Assembly: GCA_028713635.1 (NCBI GenBank) | Contig: JAQTNX010000002.1 | Span: 1-63,286 of the forward strand | Reading direction: 5' to 3' | Length of the DNA: 63,286 nt | Origin: Candidatus Bipolaricaulis sp. | GTDB taxonomy: Bacteria; Bipolaricaulota; Bipolaricaulia; UBA7950; UBA9294 | Shown: piece by piece, positions 22,117 through 32,415 of the stretch | How positions within the stretch are numbered: the stretch's first letter is position 1 | How the letters are laid out: each line of letters begins with the position of its first letter | The notes under the pieces: generated by a model | What the model was told of the DNA's origin: nothing | Seen by the model: the letters and a program-made list of their open reading frames with translations, nothing else | Database searches by the model: none | Program-made: the position numbers and the translations under genes

Positions 22117-24321
22117 ATGAGTGTCATGAGAACGACCACCAGCACGGCGAGGGGGGTTCCCCTCGCCGTGTTCCTTCTCTTCGTAGGCCTGGCAGCCGGT
22201 TCGGTCGGAGTGCTGGGCGAAGGAACCATCCAGATTCTGCAGACGGTCGACCCGTCGCAGGTCTTTGTGACAGGAATGGGACAAGCGCCGGAGACGACGA
22301 ACGTCTCGCTCACGCTTCAGGGCATCGGCGCGACCGGGGACCGCTTCCCGGTGGACTGCATGCTGGTCTTCGACGCGTCGGCAACGGCCGAACTGGCGGA
22401 GGCGAAGCTCTTCGCCCTTGACGTCGTGGACCGCATGGGTCCGAACGACCGCGTCGGCGTCCTGTCGTACGCGGCGACAGCGCGGGTGGCCTTGCCGCTC
22501 TCCAAGAGCAAGGCGGAGATCAAGTCGGCGATTGGGGGGCTCGCGGGCGGCGACAAGTCGGCGCTCGGCACGGCGCTTCAACTGGCGCGGCGAGAGCTTT
22601 CCCAGACGGCTCGGCCCGACGCGACGATGCTCATCATCCTCTTCTCGGATGGGCAGTCGAATGTGGGACCGGACGCAAGGTCGGAGGGCAAGATCGCGGC
22701 CGAGACGGGAATCCAGATCACGTGTGTCGGCGTCGGAACCCTGATCAACCGGTCGCTTCTGGAGGAGTTCGCGGCGACGTCGGGGGGGGCGTTCGCGGCC
22801 CGCCCGTCGGACGCGGCGCTCGAATCGGTCGTCCTGCACGCCTTCGTAACGGTTGCGGCGTCCGATGTGGTTGTGGAGAAGCACATACCCGCCGGACTCG
22901 AGTGGATGAGCTCCGCGCCGGCCGCAAGCCAGGTGCGGGTCGAGATGGACGGCAGCACGACGGTCCGCGGGGTGTTTGAGCAGGTACTGCTCGGGCAGAT
23001 CCTGCGAATCGACATAAAGCTTCGCGCGACGGAGAGCGGGATCCTGCCGACGGACGACGGCTCGACGGCGACCTACAGGGATTTCCGCGGCGTGGAGCAG
23101 ACGGTGGACATCGGGGCGAATCGATTGAGCGTTGTCATGCCGAACCGCGTGCCGGAGGCTAAGTTCGCATTTGAGCCGGGGGCGCCGACCACGGCCGACG
23201 CGGTCGAGTTCCACGACGCGTCGCGCGACATCGACGGCGACAAGACCGTGGCCGCCTGGGCGTGGGAGTTCGGAGATGGGACGACGGCGGACGTGAAGGA
23301 CCCCGTCCACCGGTTCGCGGAGGTCGGCACGTACACCGTGACGCTCGTCGTCACCGACGACCGCGGGCTCGCGTCGAAGCCGTACACGCGAGAGCTCGTC
23401 ATCGGGAACGCACCTCCGACGGCAAGTTTTGCCGTCCTGGAGGCCGACTCTATGTCTGTCGTGGACCAACCGCGCGTGGGCGTCGAGGTCATCTTCGACG
23501 CAAGCGCGTCGTACGACTTGGACGGGCGCGTCGTACGGTACGAGTGGGACTTCGGGTCTGACGGCGTTGTCGATGTTTCGACGGATGCGCCGGACGTGTC
23601 GTTCACGTTCGTCGAGCCTGAAGACTACGACGTCACGCTCTACGTCACGGACGACATGGGCAGCCGGGCGACGCTCGAGAAGACCGTGACGGCCGTGTCG
23701 AGCGTCACGGCGGCGCGGACGATCGAGACGTGCCTGCCCGAGGACCGAACAGTCCAGGGAGCCACGGTCACGGTCACCCTATCGCTCCGCGCGAACACGA
23801 CGCTGAATGGGCTTGCCGTGAGCGAGACGCTTCCGGCGGGTTGGACGTTCCGATCCGTGGAGACCGACGGCGCGACGCTTCGCCAGAGCGGGACCACAGC
23901 GGAGTGGCTGTTCGTCGAGAAGTTCACGGGCACCGGCCCGGACTCGCAGCGCGAGATTCGCTACACCCTGACGGCTCCTTCGAGCGCGCCGAAGGCGGAA
24001 GCGGATCCCGTGGCGATTCGAGGCTCCGTGGGGAGTTCGTCGCCGCGGCTGCTGCAGACGATCGCCGGCGAGGATCGCGTGGTGCTTGCGAAGTACCTCT
24101 CCATCCCCATCGTGGTCTCCCGGTGGAACGTCGAGACGTCGGCGATCGACCTGTGTCTCAGAGAGCTGATCGGCTTTGACCAGATCCAGTATGCCGTTTC
24201 GCTCTGGCTGTCCGGTGCGTCGGTCCCGCACACGAACAACGGCAAGATTGACCTGGTCACGATTCAAGACCTGATTGCCTATTGGCTGACGGGAAGCTCG
24301 GTGCACGACCCGCTTCCCTAG
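22117..24321 (+). CDS. Secreted vWA + 2x PKD + cohesin-like + helical-tail protein
   Basis: Signal peptide. vWA motifs DCMLVFDAS and ILFSDGQSN. PKD motifs WEFGDG and YEWDFGSDG. C-terminus LIAYWLTGSSVHDPLP. Confidence 0.85.
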   Translation: MSVMRTTTSTARGVPLAVFLLFVGLAAGSVGVLGEGTIQILQTVDPSQVFVTGMGQAPETTNVSLTLQGIGATGDRFPVDCMLVFDASATAELAEAKLFALDVVDRMGPNDRVGVLSYAATARVALPLSKSKAEIKSAIGGLAGGDKSALGTALQLARRELSQTARPDATMLIILFSDGQSNVGPDARSEGKIAAETGIQITCVGVGTLINRSLLEEFAATSGGAFAARPSDAALESVVLHAFVTVAASDVVVEKHIPAGLEWMSSAPAASQVRVEMDGSTTVRGVFEQVLLGQILRIDIKLRATESGILPTDDGSTATYRDFRGVEQTVDIGANRLSVVMPNRVPEAKFAFEPGAPTTADAVEFHDASRDIDGDKTVAAWAWEFGDGTTADVKDPVHRFAEVGTYTVTLVVTDDRGLASKPYTRELVIGNAPPTASFAVLEADSMSVVDQPRVGVEVIFDASASYDLDGRVVRYEWDFGSDGVVDVSTDAPDVSFTFVEPEDYDVTLYVTDDMGSRATLEKTVTAVSSVTAARTIETCLPEDRTVQGATVTVTLSLRANTTLNGLAVSETLPAGWTFRSVETDGATLRQSGTTAEWLFVEKFTGTGPDSQREIRYTLTAPSSAPKAEADPVAIRGSVGSSSPRLLQTIAGEDRVVLAKYLSIPIVVSRWNVETSAIDLCLRELIGFDQIQYAVSLWLSGASVPHTNNGKIDLVTIQDLIAYWLTGSSVHDPLP

Positions 24322-24366
24322 GGGAGTGGGTCGTCGCTGCCGGGCGTGATGAAGAGGGAGGGGGCC

Positions 24367-25059
24367 ATGAAGAACGTACGACGCGTATGGATTGTCGCGG
24401 CGGCGATCGCTGTCGCGGTTTCGTGGACGGCGACGGCCGCGTGGAAGGCGGACTTCACGCCGTCCACGTACAACCCAGGCGTGGGTGAGGGCGTGAGCTT
24501 TGCCGTGTGCGAGCCGTGTTTGACCGGCGGGACGTACACGTATCGATGGGACTGGAACGGGGATGGCGTCGTAGACCTCGAGACGCGCGACGCCGTGACG
24601 ACGAACGCGTATCCGGCGGCGGGCTCCTACGAGGTAGAGCTGACCATCGTCGACAGCACCGGACGCCGGGAGTCCTGTCGCAAGGGCATCCTGGTGGGGG
24701 TCGTGCCGTCGTTCGCGGTGAGAGACGTTCTCGCGCAGGCTGACGGGGCCATCCTCGTCGTCATCAGCATCCGTGTGGTGGCGTCTTCGTCGGCGCTCGG
24801 ATTCGTGGAGACGCTGCAGCAGGGGTGGCAGGTCGAGCTGGTCGACACGGCCGGAGCGATGACGAACATCAACGCCGAAGCGCGGAAGCTTGAAGTTCTC
24901 TGGGGAAGCGCATTCGAACCCGGCGATGAGCTCGTCTTCTCGTACCGTCTCTACCCTGGGTATGCGACGACGATTTCGCGGTTCTCCGGGGAGATGAGCG
25001 GGTACGCGAGCGGAGTGCGCTTCGTGAGCGGCATGTGCGGGGTGCTCGGTCTGCCCTAG
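24367..25059 (+). CDS. Secreted PKD + cohesin-like domain protein
   Basis: Signal peptide ...ATAA. PKD pattern YRWDWNGDG...YPAAGSYEVELT. GFVETLQQGW matches the repeat of the two upstream proteins. Confidence 0.8.
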   Translation: MKNVRRVWIVAAAIAVAVSWTATAAWKADFTPSTYNPGVGEGVSFAVCEPCLTGGTYTYRWDWNGDGVVDLETRDAVTTNAYPAAGSYEVELTIVDSTGRRESCRKGILVGVVPSFAVRDVLAQADGAILVVISIRVVASSSALGFVETLQQGWQVELVDTAGAMTNINAEARKLEVLWGSAFEPGDELVFSYRLYPGYATTISRFSGEMSGYASGVRFVSGMCGVLGLP

Positions 25060-25661
25060 CGAGAGTTCGAGATTCCTCGGGGTTGATAGGAAGGGGACGC
25101 GTCCCACTCGGCGGCCGCGTCCTCTTCTTTTTCCTCGGCGTTCTCCTGGTCCACAACGATGGGGACGACGGCCCCGGATCGGCGTGCGGTCCAGAGGACG
25201 GCGATCGTAAGGCCGAGGAGCCCGATGGAGACACCAAGGGCGATCGGGAAGCTGAGCCGGAGAGGGAGGAGGTTTCCGCCGACGGCGACGACGACGGACG
25301 CTCCGCCGATCGCCGCGATCGCGGCCACGTACCGGAGAATGACCGGAGACGGCACGACGGCGGCGAAGCGCGACATCGTTCGTCCCGTGACGCTTGCGTC
25401 CCAGGCGAAGAGCGCCAAGGGAAGACTCAGAAGGCCGAAGATGCGTGCCTCGGCACTGATGGCGAGAGCGGAGCACGTGCCGACGCAGAGGAGCATCGGA
25501 AGCACGTGGAGCCGGCTCGAGGGGCGCCAAGCGGCGAGGGCGATCCAAAGCCCCCCCGTGAGGCCCGCAGCGAGAGCGAACGTCCAAGGGTAGACGAGCG
25601 CGGCGCCCGCCACGGCGAGACCGGCTGACAGCACCACGAGAACGAGCACGACGATCCTCAC
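25056..25661 (-). CDS. Multi-pass membrane protein
   Basis: About 6 hydrophobic segments. GTGA overlap with the DUF58 stop and an acidic tail. Confidence 0.7.
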   Translation of the reverse strand: MRIVVLVLVVLSAGLAVAGAALVYPWTFALAAGLTGGLWIALAAWRPSSRLHVLPMLLCVGTCSALAISAEARIFGLLSLPLALFAWDASVTGRTMSRFAAVVPSPVILRYVAAIAAIGGASVVVAVGGNLLPLRLSFPIALGVSIGLLGLTIAVLWTARRSGAVVPIVVDQENAEEKEEDAAAEWDASPSYQPRGISNSR

Positions 25662-26944
25662 GAGCGCCTCCTCCTCCCGCCTCGGTCCAGACGTGCCCGA
25701 TGAAGGGCGACGGAGAGGGGCTCCTCGGTGTCCCACGAGAGCACTCGCACGCCCCCGCGACGCATCTGGCGGATGGCCGAGTCACGTCGCAGCGAGCGAA
25801 TGCGCAGCGCAAGCGCCAACGCATCGTCGGCCTCCTCGGCGGAAGCCTGGAGGCTTTCGCTGTTCATGTAGACGACGAGCACGGAGTACCCCCGGGCGGC
25901 GAGCTGGACCGGCACGTCGTAGTCCTCATCCCTCGGCAGCGAGGAGAGGAGAATCAGCTGTGACCCCGAGGGGAAGATGGACGCCGGAATCCCCGCGAGA
26001 TCCTCGAAGGCGAAGCTTCGTACCGGCTTGGCTCGGACGATGGCGCCGAGGATGCGTTCGAGGTGGAACCGCCCTCCGGCGGGCTGGATCCAGTCGATCG
26101 ATTGGCCGTACAGAAGGAATCCGACGCGGTTCCCCTGGCGGATCATGTGGTCGGCGAGGCTGGCGGCGGCGCGGCACGCCGCCTCGAACGTGCCGCGTCC
26201 TCCGACCTCTACGTGAGCCTGTGCGCGAACGTCGAGAACCAGGGTGACGTCGGCCGTCCTCTCCTGCTCGTACTCGTTGACGATCAGGCGGTCGGTGCGC
26301 GCAAGGGCGCGCCAGTTGAGTCTCCGAACGTCGTCGCCGGGCACGTAGGCGCGACAACCGAAGAAGTCCACACCCGGTCCTGGGGCGCGAGCCATGATGG
26401 GACCGGCGAACGCGTGCGTGCGGCGGGGCGCCAGGGTCAGGGGAGGCAGCTTCTCGGTTTCCGGGATCGCAGAGACGTACGTCGAGCAGACGAGTTCGTG
26501 CTCCTGGAACGCGAGAGCGGTTCGGGTCCAGGATGCCACCGTGACGTGGTCGTGGAGATGGATCCCTCGGGTCGGTCGGAGCGTGTACGAAAGGCGAACA
26601 TCCTGGTCTCGTCCCATGGGACCTAGGTACGAGGGGATCCCTTCTTGAACGGGCTGGTCGGGCGGCACCACGTCGAGGACTCCGACGAGCGGCAGGGGCG
26701 CACCGCAGTTGGTGACCGCGACGGTGTAGCGGACGTCGTCGCCGGAGCACACCCGATGAGAGGACGGGGTTCTCGAGATGTCGAGTTCGGGATGAGGAAG
26801 CCGCATCCGCGCGACGAGCAGCGCCGCGGCGTACGCGAGGACCGGAATCGCGGCCATGAAGAGGCCGGCGTTGCGCGTGGCCAGTGCGGCGATCAGGATG
26901 CCGACGCTGATGCACGCGGCGACTGGGTATCGAGGATCGGTCAT
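25658..26944 (-). CDS. DUF58 family protein with N-terminal TM helices
   Basis: GVDFFGCRAYVPGDDVRRLNWRALAR, LIVNEYEQE, VTLVLDVR. Confidence 0.9.
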   Translation of the reverse strand: MTDPRYPVAACISVGILIAALATRNAGLFMAAIPVLAYAAALLVARMRLPHPELDISRTPSSHRVCSGDDVRYTVAVTNCGAPLPLVGVLDVVPPDQPVQEGIPSYLGPMGRDQDVRLSYTLRPTRGIHLHDHVTVASWTRTALAFQEHELVCSTYVSAIPETEKLPPLTLAPRRTHAFAGPIMARAPGPGVDFFGCRAYVPGDDVRRLNWRALARTDRLIVNEYEQERTADVTLVLDVRAQAHVEVGGRGTFEAACRAAASLADHMIRQGNRVGFLLYGQSIDWIQPAGGRFHLERILGAIVRAKPVRSFAFEDLAGIPASIFPSGSQLILLSSLPRDEDYDVPVQLAARGYSVLVVYMNSESLQASAEEADDALALALRIRSLRRDSAIRQMRRGGVRVLSWDTEEPLSVALHRARLDRGGRRRRS

Positions 26945-26948
26945 CGCG

Positions 26949-27902
26949 CTAGGAGACCTTCGGGACCGGAGTGGCCTGGACGATTCCCTCGACTACATCG
27001 CTCGTGGACGCTTGGCGGCTCCAGAACTCCGGGCGCAGGATCAGGCGGTGGGCGAGCGCCGGCACGACGAAGCGCTTGACGTCGTCGGGCAGGACGTAGT
27101 CGCGGCCGCAGAGCGCGGCCCAGGCTCGCGACAGCTTGAACAGCGCCAGGGATCCGCGGGGGCTTGCCCCGACGTAGACGCTCGTGTGCTTCCTCGTGCG
27201 TCCGACGAGAGAGACGATGTAGTTTCGAATGTCCTCGTCCACAGCGACGTCCTCGACCGCGCGCTGCATCTCGAGGAGCGCCTCGGCGGAGGAGATGATG
27301 GAGAGACTCACTTCGTCTTCCTTCCGCTCCGCGCGCCGTCGGAGGATTTCGACCTCCTCGGGCGGCTGGGGGTAGCCGACGCTCAGCCGAACCATGAACC
27401 GATCGAGCTGCGCTTCGGGGAGCGGGAACGTTCCCTCGTATTCGATCGGGTTTTGCGTGGCCATGACAATGAACGGCTTCGGGAGCGGCCGCGTCTCCCC
27501 GGTGATCGAGACCTGCAACTCCTGCATCGCTTCGAGAAGGGCCGATTGCGTTTTCGGAGTCGCGCGGTTCACTTCGTCGGCGAGGATGACGTGAGCGAAG
27601 ATCGGTCCCGGGGCGAGGGCAAACTCGTTCTTCGTACGGTCGTAGATGTGGGACCCGGTGATGTCGCCTGGCAGGAGGTCCGGCGTGAACTGGATGCGGC
27701 GGAAGTCTACGCCGAGGACGCGCGCGAAGCTCCGCGCAATCAGCGTCTTCGCGAGCCCCGGATTGTCCTCGAAGAGGACGTGCCCGCCGGCGAGGATCGT
27801 CGCCATGACTTCCATCAGGACGTCATACTTGCCGATCACCGCCTTCGAGACCTCGTCCACGACCCGGTGCGCCGTTTTCTCCACGTGGGAAATCGGGATC
27901 AT
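26949..27902 (-). CDS. moxR: MoxR-family AAA+ ATPase
   Basis: GGHVLFEDNPGLAKT, RIQFTPDLLPGD, ADEVNRATPKTQSALLEAM, ATQNPIEYEGTFPLPEAQLDRF, GASPR. Confidence 0.95.
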   Translation of the reverse strand: MIPISHVEKTAHRVVDEVSKAVIGKYDVLMEVMATILAGGHVLFEDNPGLAKTLIARSFARVLGVDFRRIQFTPDLLPGDITGSHIYDRTKNEFALAPGPIFAHVILADEVNRATPKTQSALLEAMQELQVSITGETRPLPKPFIVMATQNPIEYEGTFPLPEAQLDRFMVRLSVGYPQPPEEVEILRRRAERKEDEVSLSIISSAEALLEMQRAVEDVAVDEDIRNYIVSLVGRTRKHTSVYVGASPRGSLALFKLSRAWAALCGRDYVLPDDVKRFVVPALAHRLILRPEFWSRQASTSDVVEGIVQATPVPKVS

Positions 27903-27905
27903 TGC

Positions 27906-28448
27906 CTAGGCCTCCTCGCTCTCGCGTTCGAGGAACGCGACGGTCCTTCGGATGGAAGACTGAAACGCCGTACCGGACAGCGCACCGAGGTCCTCCCTCT
28001 CCAGGAAGGCTGCCAGGTCTGGCTCCAGCTCTCGGCAGCGCTCGCGGAAGATCGTCCACGCCTCTTCCTCGCGCATGTCGAACCGCTGCGCGTCGATGCG
28101 AACGGCCAACCGGACGAGTTGGCTCGTGACCCGAGACCTCGCCAGATGGCTCGATCGGGATTGGCGGATCGCGTCGACGAGGTACGCGAGCGTCCCCACC
28201 GAGGAGTCTTCGATCCGCGGGGTGGCGCGAGGGGCTCGCTCCGGCCGAAGCCGGTTGGCGAAGAAGAGAAGGACGGGCAACGCGAACAGGATCGGCACGA
28301 ACCAGAGGACGATCTGCGGAAGGACGGCAACCGCCTCCCAGAACCGCGCTCCGTGCCGCATGGGGATCGAGAGGGCGAACAGGGTGAGAGCAAGGAGCAC
28401 CGCGAGCTCCAGCACAACGAACGTGCCCTCCATCTTCTTTCTTCTCAT
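27906..28448 (-). CDS. Hypothetical membrane-anchored protein in the MoxR operon
   Basis: Two N-terminal hydrophobic helices. ATGA overlap with the upstream gene. Confidence 0.7.
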   Translation of the reverse strand: MRRKKMEGTFVVLELAVLLALTLFALSIPMRHGARFWEAVAVLPQIVLWFVPILFALPVLLFFANRLRPERAPRATPRIEDSSVGTLAYLVDAIRQSRSSHLARSRVTSQLVRLAVRIDAQRFDMREEEAWTIFRERCRELEPDLAAFLEREDLGALSGTAFQSSIRRTVAFLERESEEA

Positions 28449-29389
28449 GGGGTGGCCTCGGGGATGGGGTACGCGTTCGTGATCGCCGTCATGCACTGCA
28501 GCGCACGGGCGGCCAACGCTTCCTCCGGGCGGTGGCCGTAGTGGACTTCCTCGAAGAGGGTCGAGAGCTCGCCGATAGCCGCCCCATCGAGCCCGACGCC
28601 CGCCAGAGCGGCCACGAACTCGCGCGGCGTGAGGCAGCAGGGGTCGACCTTCGAGCGCACGGCGAGCGCGGTAAGCATCTGTCGGTAGCAGTGCTCTACA
28701 GCACCTCGCGCATCCCTGCCGAGGCGGAGCTCCGCGACGGCGGCGCGAACCGGTGCCAGGATTGCGTCGGTGACGTCGTCCGCCGGAGGGCGGCGCTTTC
28801 GCCGGAGGAGGCCGACGACGAGGGCGACGCCGAGGCCAAGCGCGACGACGGCGAGGATCCCCGTGATCACAAGAGCGCTCGGAGCTGTTCCTCGGCCCGT
28901 GTCGTCGCCCCCAGTTCCGAAGAGGTCGTCGATGCTCTGATATTCGGCGGGACCCAGCGGATTGCTGGTGATTGCCGAGGAACCCGGCTCCTCGGAGGCG
29001 TCCTCTTCGTCCGCCTCCGGCGACCAGTTGACGCCGAAGACGAGCACCACGGTGACCATGCCGATGACGGTGGCGACCGCCAGGAGGGCAATCCAGCGCC
29101 CGCCTTTCCGCGGCGGAAGACCTTCACGTCCGGCGTTCTTCTGGAGGAACAGGATGATGGCGAGCACGATCCCGGCGAGCAGGCCGTACGCCACAGCGAG
29201 GTCGGCCGGACGCAGGGGTTCCATGGGCTTCGCGCCTGGCGCGCTGAACAGCTGGCGGTTTGCGAGGGTCTCGTCGAACGGGCGCCCCGACGTGAACGTC
29301 ACGCGCTCCACTCCTGCGGCGAACAGGATCGCGATCACGATCAGCGCCGAGACGAGCCCTAGGGAAAGCAGAAGAACGGAGCGCCTCAT
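28445..29389 (-). CDS. DUF4129 domain membrane protein
   Basis: About 4 TM segments. C-terminus AVEHCYRQM...CLTPREF...[11 protein letters not shown] is typical of DUF4129. ATGA overlap with the aspS stop. Confidence 0.8.
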   Translation of the reverse strand: MRRSVLLLSLGLVSALIVIAILFAAGVERVTFTSGRPFDETLANRQLFSAPGAKPMEPLRPADLAVAYGLLAGIVLAIILFLQKNAGREGLPPRKGGRWIALLAVATVIGMVTVVLVFGVNWSPEADEEDASEEPGSSAITSNPLGPAEYQSIDDLFGTGGDDTGRGTAPSALVITGILAVVALGLGVALVVGLLRRKRRPPADDVTDAILAPVRAAVAELRLGRDARGAVEHCYRQMLTALAVRSKVDPCCLTPREFVAALAGVGLDGAAIGELSTLFEEVHYGHRPEEALAARALQCMTAITNAYPIPEATP

Positions 29390-31134
29390 GGCCTTCGAGC
29401 GACCTCGATTCCCAGTTCCTCGAGCTGCTTCGGCGCCGCGGGCATCGGGGCCTCGGTGAGCGGGCACATGCCGTTGGCCGTCTTTGGGAACGCGATCACG
29501 TCGCGCAGGGACTGCTCGTGCGCCATCAACATCACCAAACGATCGATGCCGAGAGCGAATCCCCCGTGCGGCGGCGCGCCGTAGTCGAGCGCCTCGAGGA
29601 ACCACCCGAACCGAAGGCGTGCGTCCTCCTCCGAGATGCCGACGAGGCGGAAGATCCTCTCTTGGAGGGCGCGCGAGTGGATTCGGATGCTTCCACTGCC
29701 GAGTTCGATTCCGTTCAGCACGAGGTCGTATGCGTTCGAGCGGACGTGAAGGGGATCGGTCTCCAGCCGGCCGATCTCGTCCGCGTGGGGAGAGGTGAAC
29801 ATGTGGTGGGCGCTCGTGAGATGGCCCTCTTCGTCGAGCTCGAACAGCGGGAAGTCCGTGACCCAGAGGAACCTCCAAGCCTCCTCGGCGAGCGACTCCT
29901 GACGCGCCACGGCGAGCCTCAGCTCGCCGAGCGGCTTCTCGATCCCCGTTCCCGCGAGGAGGAGGATCAGGTCTCCGGGCGCGGCGCCGAAGGTGGAGAC
30001 AAGTCCGCGGAGCTCGCTCTCCGTAAGGTTCTTCGCGATCGGCGACGTCACGCCGTCGTCGACCTTCAGCCACACGAGGCCCTTCGCACCCGCCGAGACG
30101 GCGAGCGCCTGCAGCTTGTCGAGCGTGGCGCGCGAGTAGCCGGAGCACCCCTTCGCCAGGATGCCGGCCACCCTGCCGCCGCTCTGCACAGCCTCCGAGA
30201 AGACTCGGAAGCCCGACTCGCGCAGCGGGGCCGAGACGTCCTGAATCTCCATGCCAAACCGCATATCCGGCTTGTCGATTCCGAATCGGGCCATCGCCTC
30301 GGCGTGGGGGACCCGTGGGAACGGAAGGTCGAGTTCGATGCCGAGGACCTCGCGGAAGACCCGGGCTACGGCACCCTCGAGGAGTTCGTAGATCTCGTCC
30401 GTCCCGGACGGGAAGGCGATCTCGAGGTCGAGCTGCGTGAACTCCGGCTGGCGGTCGGCGCGCAGGTCCTCGTCACGAAAGCACTTCACCAGCTGGAAGT
30501 AGCGATCGACGCCTCCGACCATGAACAGCTGCTTGAAGAGCTGCGGCGACTGCGGCAGCGCATAGAACGAGCCCGGGTGCATGCGGCTCGGCACCAGGAA
30601 GTCGCGAGCGCCCTCGGGGGTCGACTTCGTCAAGAACGGCGTGTCGACCTCGAGGAATCCGCGCTCCGTGAAGTAGCCGCGGGTCGCCTGGAACGTGCGG
30701 TGACGCAGCTCGAGCGCCCTCTGGACCCGCTCGCGGCGCAGGTCGACGTAGCGGTATCGAAGCCGGGTGTCCTCCGTCGTGTCCGAGCCGTCCCCTTCGA
30801 TCAGGAACGGCGGGGTCTTCGAACGGTTGAGAACCTCAAGCTGGTCGACGTGGACCTCGATCTCTCCGGTCGGCATCTCGGGGTTGATGTTCGTCTCCGA
30901 CCGTCTCGCGACCGTTCCGCGGATGGCGATGACGTCCTCGCGGTTCAGGGTGTGCGCATCGTGGAGGCTGTCGTCGTCGCTGCCGAAGAGAAGCTGGACG
31001 AGGCCGGTGCGGTCGCGCAGGTCGACGAACGTGATCTTGCCGAGATCACGCCGGCGGTTGACCCACCCGGCCAACCGAACCGATTCTCCGACGTTCGCCG
31101 CGGTCAAACGTCCGCAATACGCTGTGCGCAACAT
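29386..31134 (-). CDS. aspS: Aspartate-tRNA ligase
   Basis: [61 protein letters not shown] 6 nt before ATG 31134. Confidence 0.97.
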   Translation of the reverse strand: MLRTAYCGRLTAANVGESVRLAGWVNRRRDLGKITFVDLRDRTGLVQLLFGSDDDSLHDAHTLNREDVIAIRGTVARRSETNINPEMPTGEIEVHVDQLEVLNRSKTPPFLIEGDGSDTTEDTRLRYRYVDLRRERVQRALELRHRTFQATRGYFTERGFLEVDTPFLTKSTPEGARDFLVPSRMHPGSFYALPQSPQLFKQLFMVGGVDRYFQLVKCFRDEDLRADRQPEFTQLDLEIAFPSGTDEIYELLEGAVARVFREVLGIELDLPFPRVPHAEAMARFGIDKPDMRFGMEIQDVSAPLRESGFRVFSEAVQSGGRVAGILAKGCSGYSRATLDKLQALAVSAGAKGLVWLKVDDGVTSPIAKNLTESELRGLVSTFGAAPGDLILLLAGTGIEKPLGELRLAVARQESLAEEAWRFLWVTDFPLFELDEEGHLTSAHHMFTSPHADEIGRLETDPLHVRSNAYDLVLNGIELGSGSIRIHSRALQERIFRLVGISEEDARLRFGWFLEALDYGAPPHGGFALGIDRLVMLMAHEQSLRDVIAFPKTANGMCPLTEAPMPAAPKQLEELGIEVARRP

Positions 31135-31211
31135 GGACAACCTCCGAAGCCTCTCAAGATGCCGTGATTATAGGTCCCGAAGAGAGGCGCGCCACGGGGT
31201 CGCCGGCGATG

Positions 31212-32246
31212 TCAGGCGTCGGTCAGGGTCCCTTTGAAGAAGCGGCGCTCCATGTTGCGCTCCCAGTCGGTGAAGTCCCCCTCTTCGGCATCGGAGGCGA
31301 TGTGGGTCTTGATCATGTTGAGCTTCGCCGACAGGTTGTCGAAGTGGTAGACGGCGACGGCCTCCGGGGACTTCGGCACCATCGCGGCCGCGTACTCCAG
31401 CTCGCCGTGGTGGGAAATCAGGATGTGCTCGAGGAGGAGAGGGGTCCGCGGATCGGGCCACACCAACGACGCCGCCACCTGGCGGACCATGTCGCGCCCG
31501 AGGAGAAGGTGGCCGATCAGCTGCCCTTCCAGGCTGTACCGGGGAGCGATCGGGTTCTCGAGCTCGAGGAGCTTCCCAATGTCGTGCAGCACAGCGCCAG
31601 CGACGGCCAGCCCTCGCCGCAGGCCGAGCGACGGCTCCTCGTCGGCAAAGCGGGCGACGCCCTGCGCAACCTCCAGCGTGTGCTCGAGGAGGCCGCCGTT
31701 GTAGGCGTGGTGGTTCGACACCGCGGCCGGCGCCTCGCGAAAGGCCTCCGCGTGGTCCCGGAGGAGAGACTCGGTGAGTGCGCGGAGCGGTTCGGGTTCA
31801 ATCGTGGCGGCCAGGGCGAGGAGGCGAGCCCACATGTCGTCGAGGTTGTGCTCCGACGTCGGCACGAGGAGCGTCGCATCAAAGCCCGGCAGCTTGCCCC
31901 CGTCCTGCTCTTCCTGGGTCAGACGGCGGATCGACTCAACGACGAGTTGGAGGGCGTTTCGGTACGTCTCCACCCGACCTTGGACGAAGACGAAGTCGCC
32001 TTCCTCGAACTGGCTCGCATAGCGCTGCGTCGCATCGGCCCAGGCCCGCGCCTGGACGACCGCCGTCCGATCGGCGAGGAGGATCTCCAGGTAGGGATCT
32101 CCGGTCCGCGTCGACCGTTGGGTCTTCTTCTTGACGAGGAAGCACTGGCCGACGCGAGTTCCCTCACGCAGATCAGACACCGGGATGTGAAGGAGGTTGT
32201 AGGGGATGTCTCCCCGGACTCGGTCGGAGAAGCGCTCGGTTGACAT
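31212..32246 (-). CDS. OB-fold + HD-domain protein (YhaM-like 3'-5' exoribonuclease)
   Basis: N-terminal OB (YLEILLADRT...GDFVFVQGRVETY). HHAYNGGLLEH, LHDIGK, ISHHG, HFDNL. Confidence 0.88.
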   Translation of the reverse strand: MSTERFSDRVRGDIPYNLLHIPVSDLREGTRVGQCFLVKKKTQRSTRTGDPYLEILLADRTAVVQARAWADATQRYASQFEEGDFVFVQGRVETYRNALQLVVESIRRLTQEEQDGGKLPGFDATLLVPTSEHNLDDMWARLLALAATIEPEPLRALTESLLRDHAEAFREAPAAVSNHHAYNGGLLEHTLEVAQGVARFADEEPSLGLRRGLAVAGAVLHDIGKLLELENPIAPRYSLEGQLIGHLLLGRDMVRQVAASLVWPDPRTPLLLEHILISHHGELEYAAAMVPKSPEAVAVYHFDNLSAKLNMIKTHIASDAEEGDFTDWERNMERRFFKGTLTDA

Positions 32247-32349
32247 GGCGTCCTTTCCATTCGCTGGAATCGCAGGAGTGTAGGAACGACAGGCACCGGA
32301 AATCAACTGGAGGGAGGTCGATCGAGTTTCGCTGGCGGGCCGAGGAAAT

Positions 32350-32377
32350 GCGGCGGCCCCATCGTTGGGGCCGCCGC
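32350..32377 (-). terminator. Intrinsic terminator-like hairpin
   Basis: GCGGCGGCCCCA-TCGT-TGGGGCCGCCGC, a 12-bp perfect stem, followed by ATTTCC on the minus strand downstream of the beta-helix gene. Confidence 0.65.
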
Positions 32378-32415
32378 GGCACGGATTCGGGAAGCGCTCG
32401 CCAGTCAGGAGACGG

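Noticed and set aside
29386-31134. Non-discriminating AspRS
   Set aside because: The anticodon domain has RRRDLG and RSETNIN, like discriminating enzymes, rather than the His/Gly signature.
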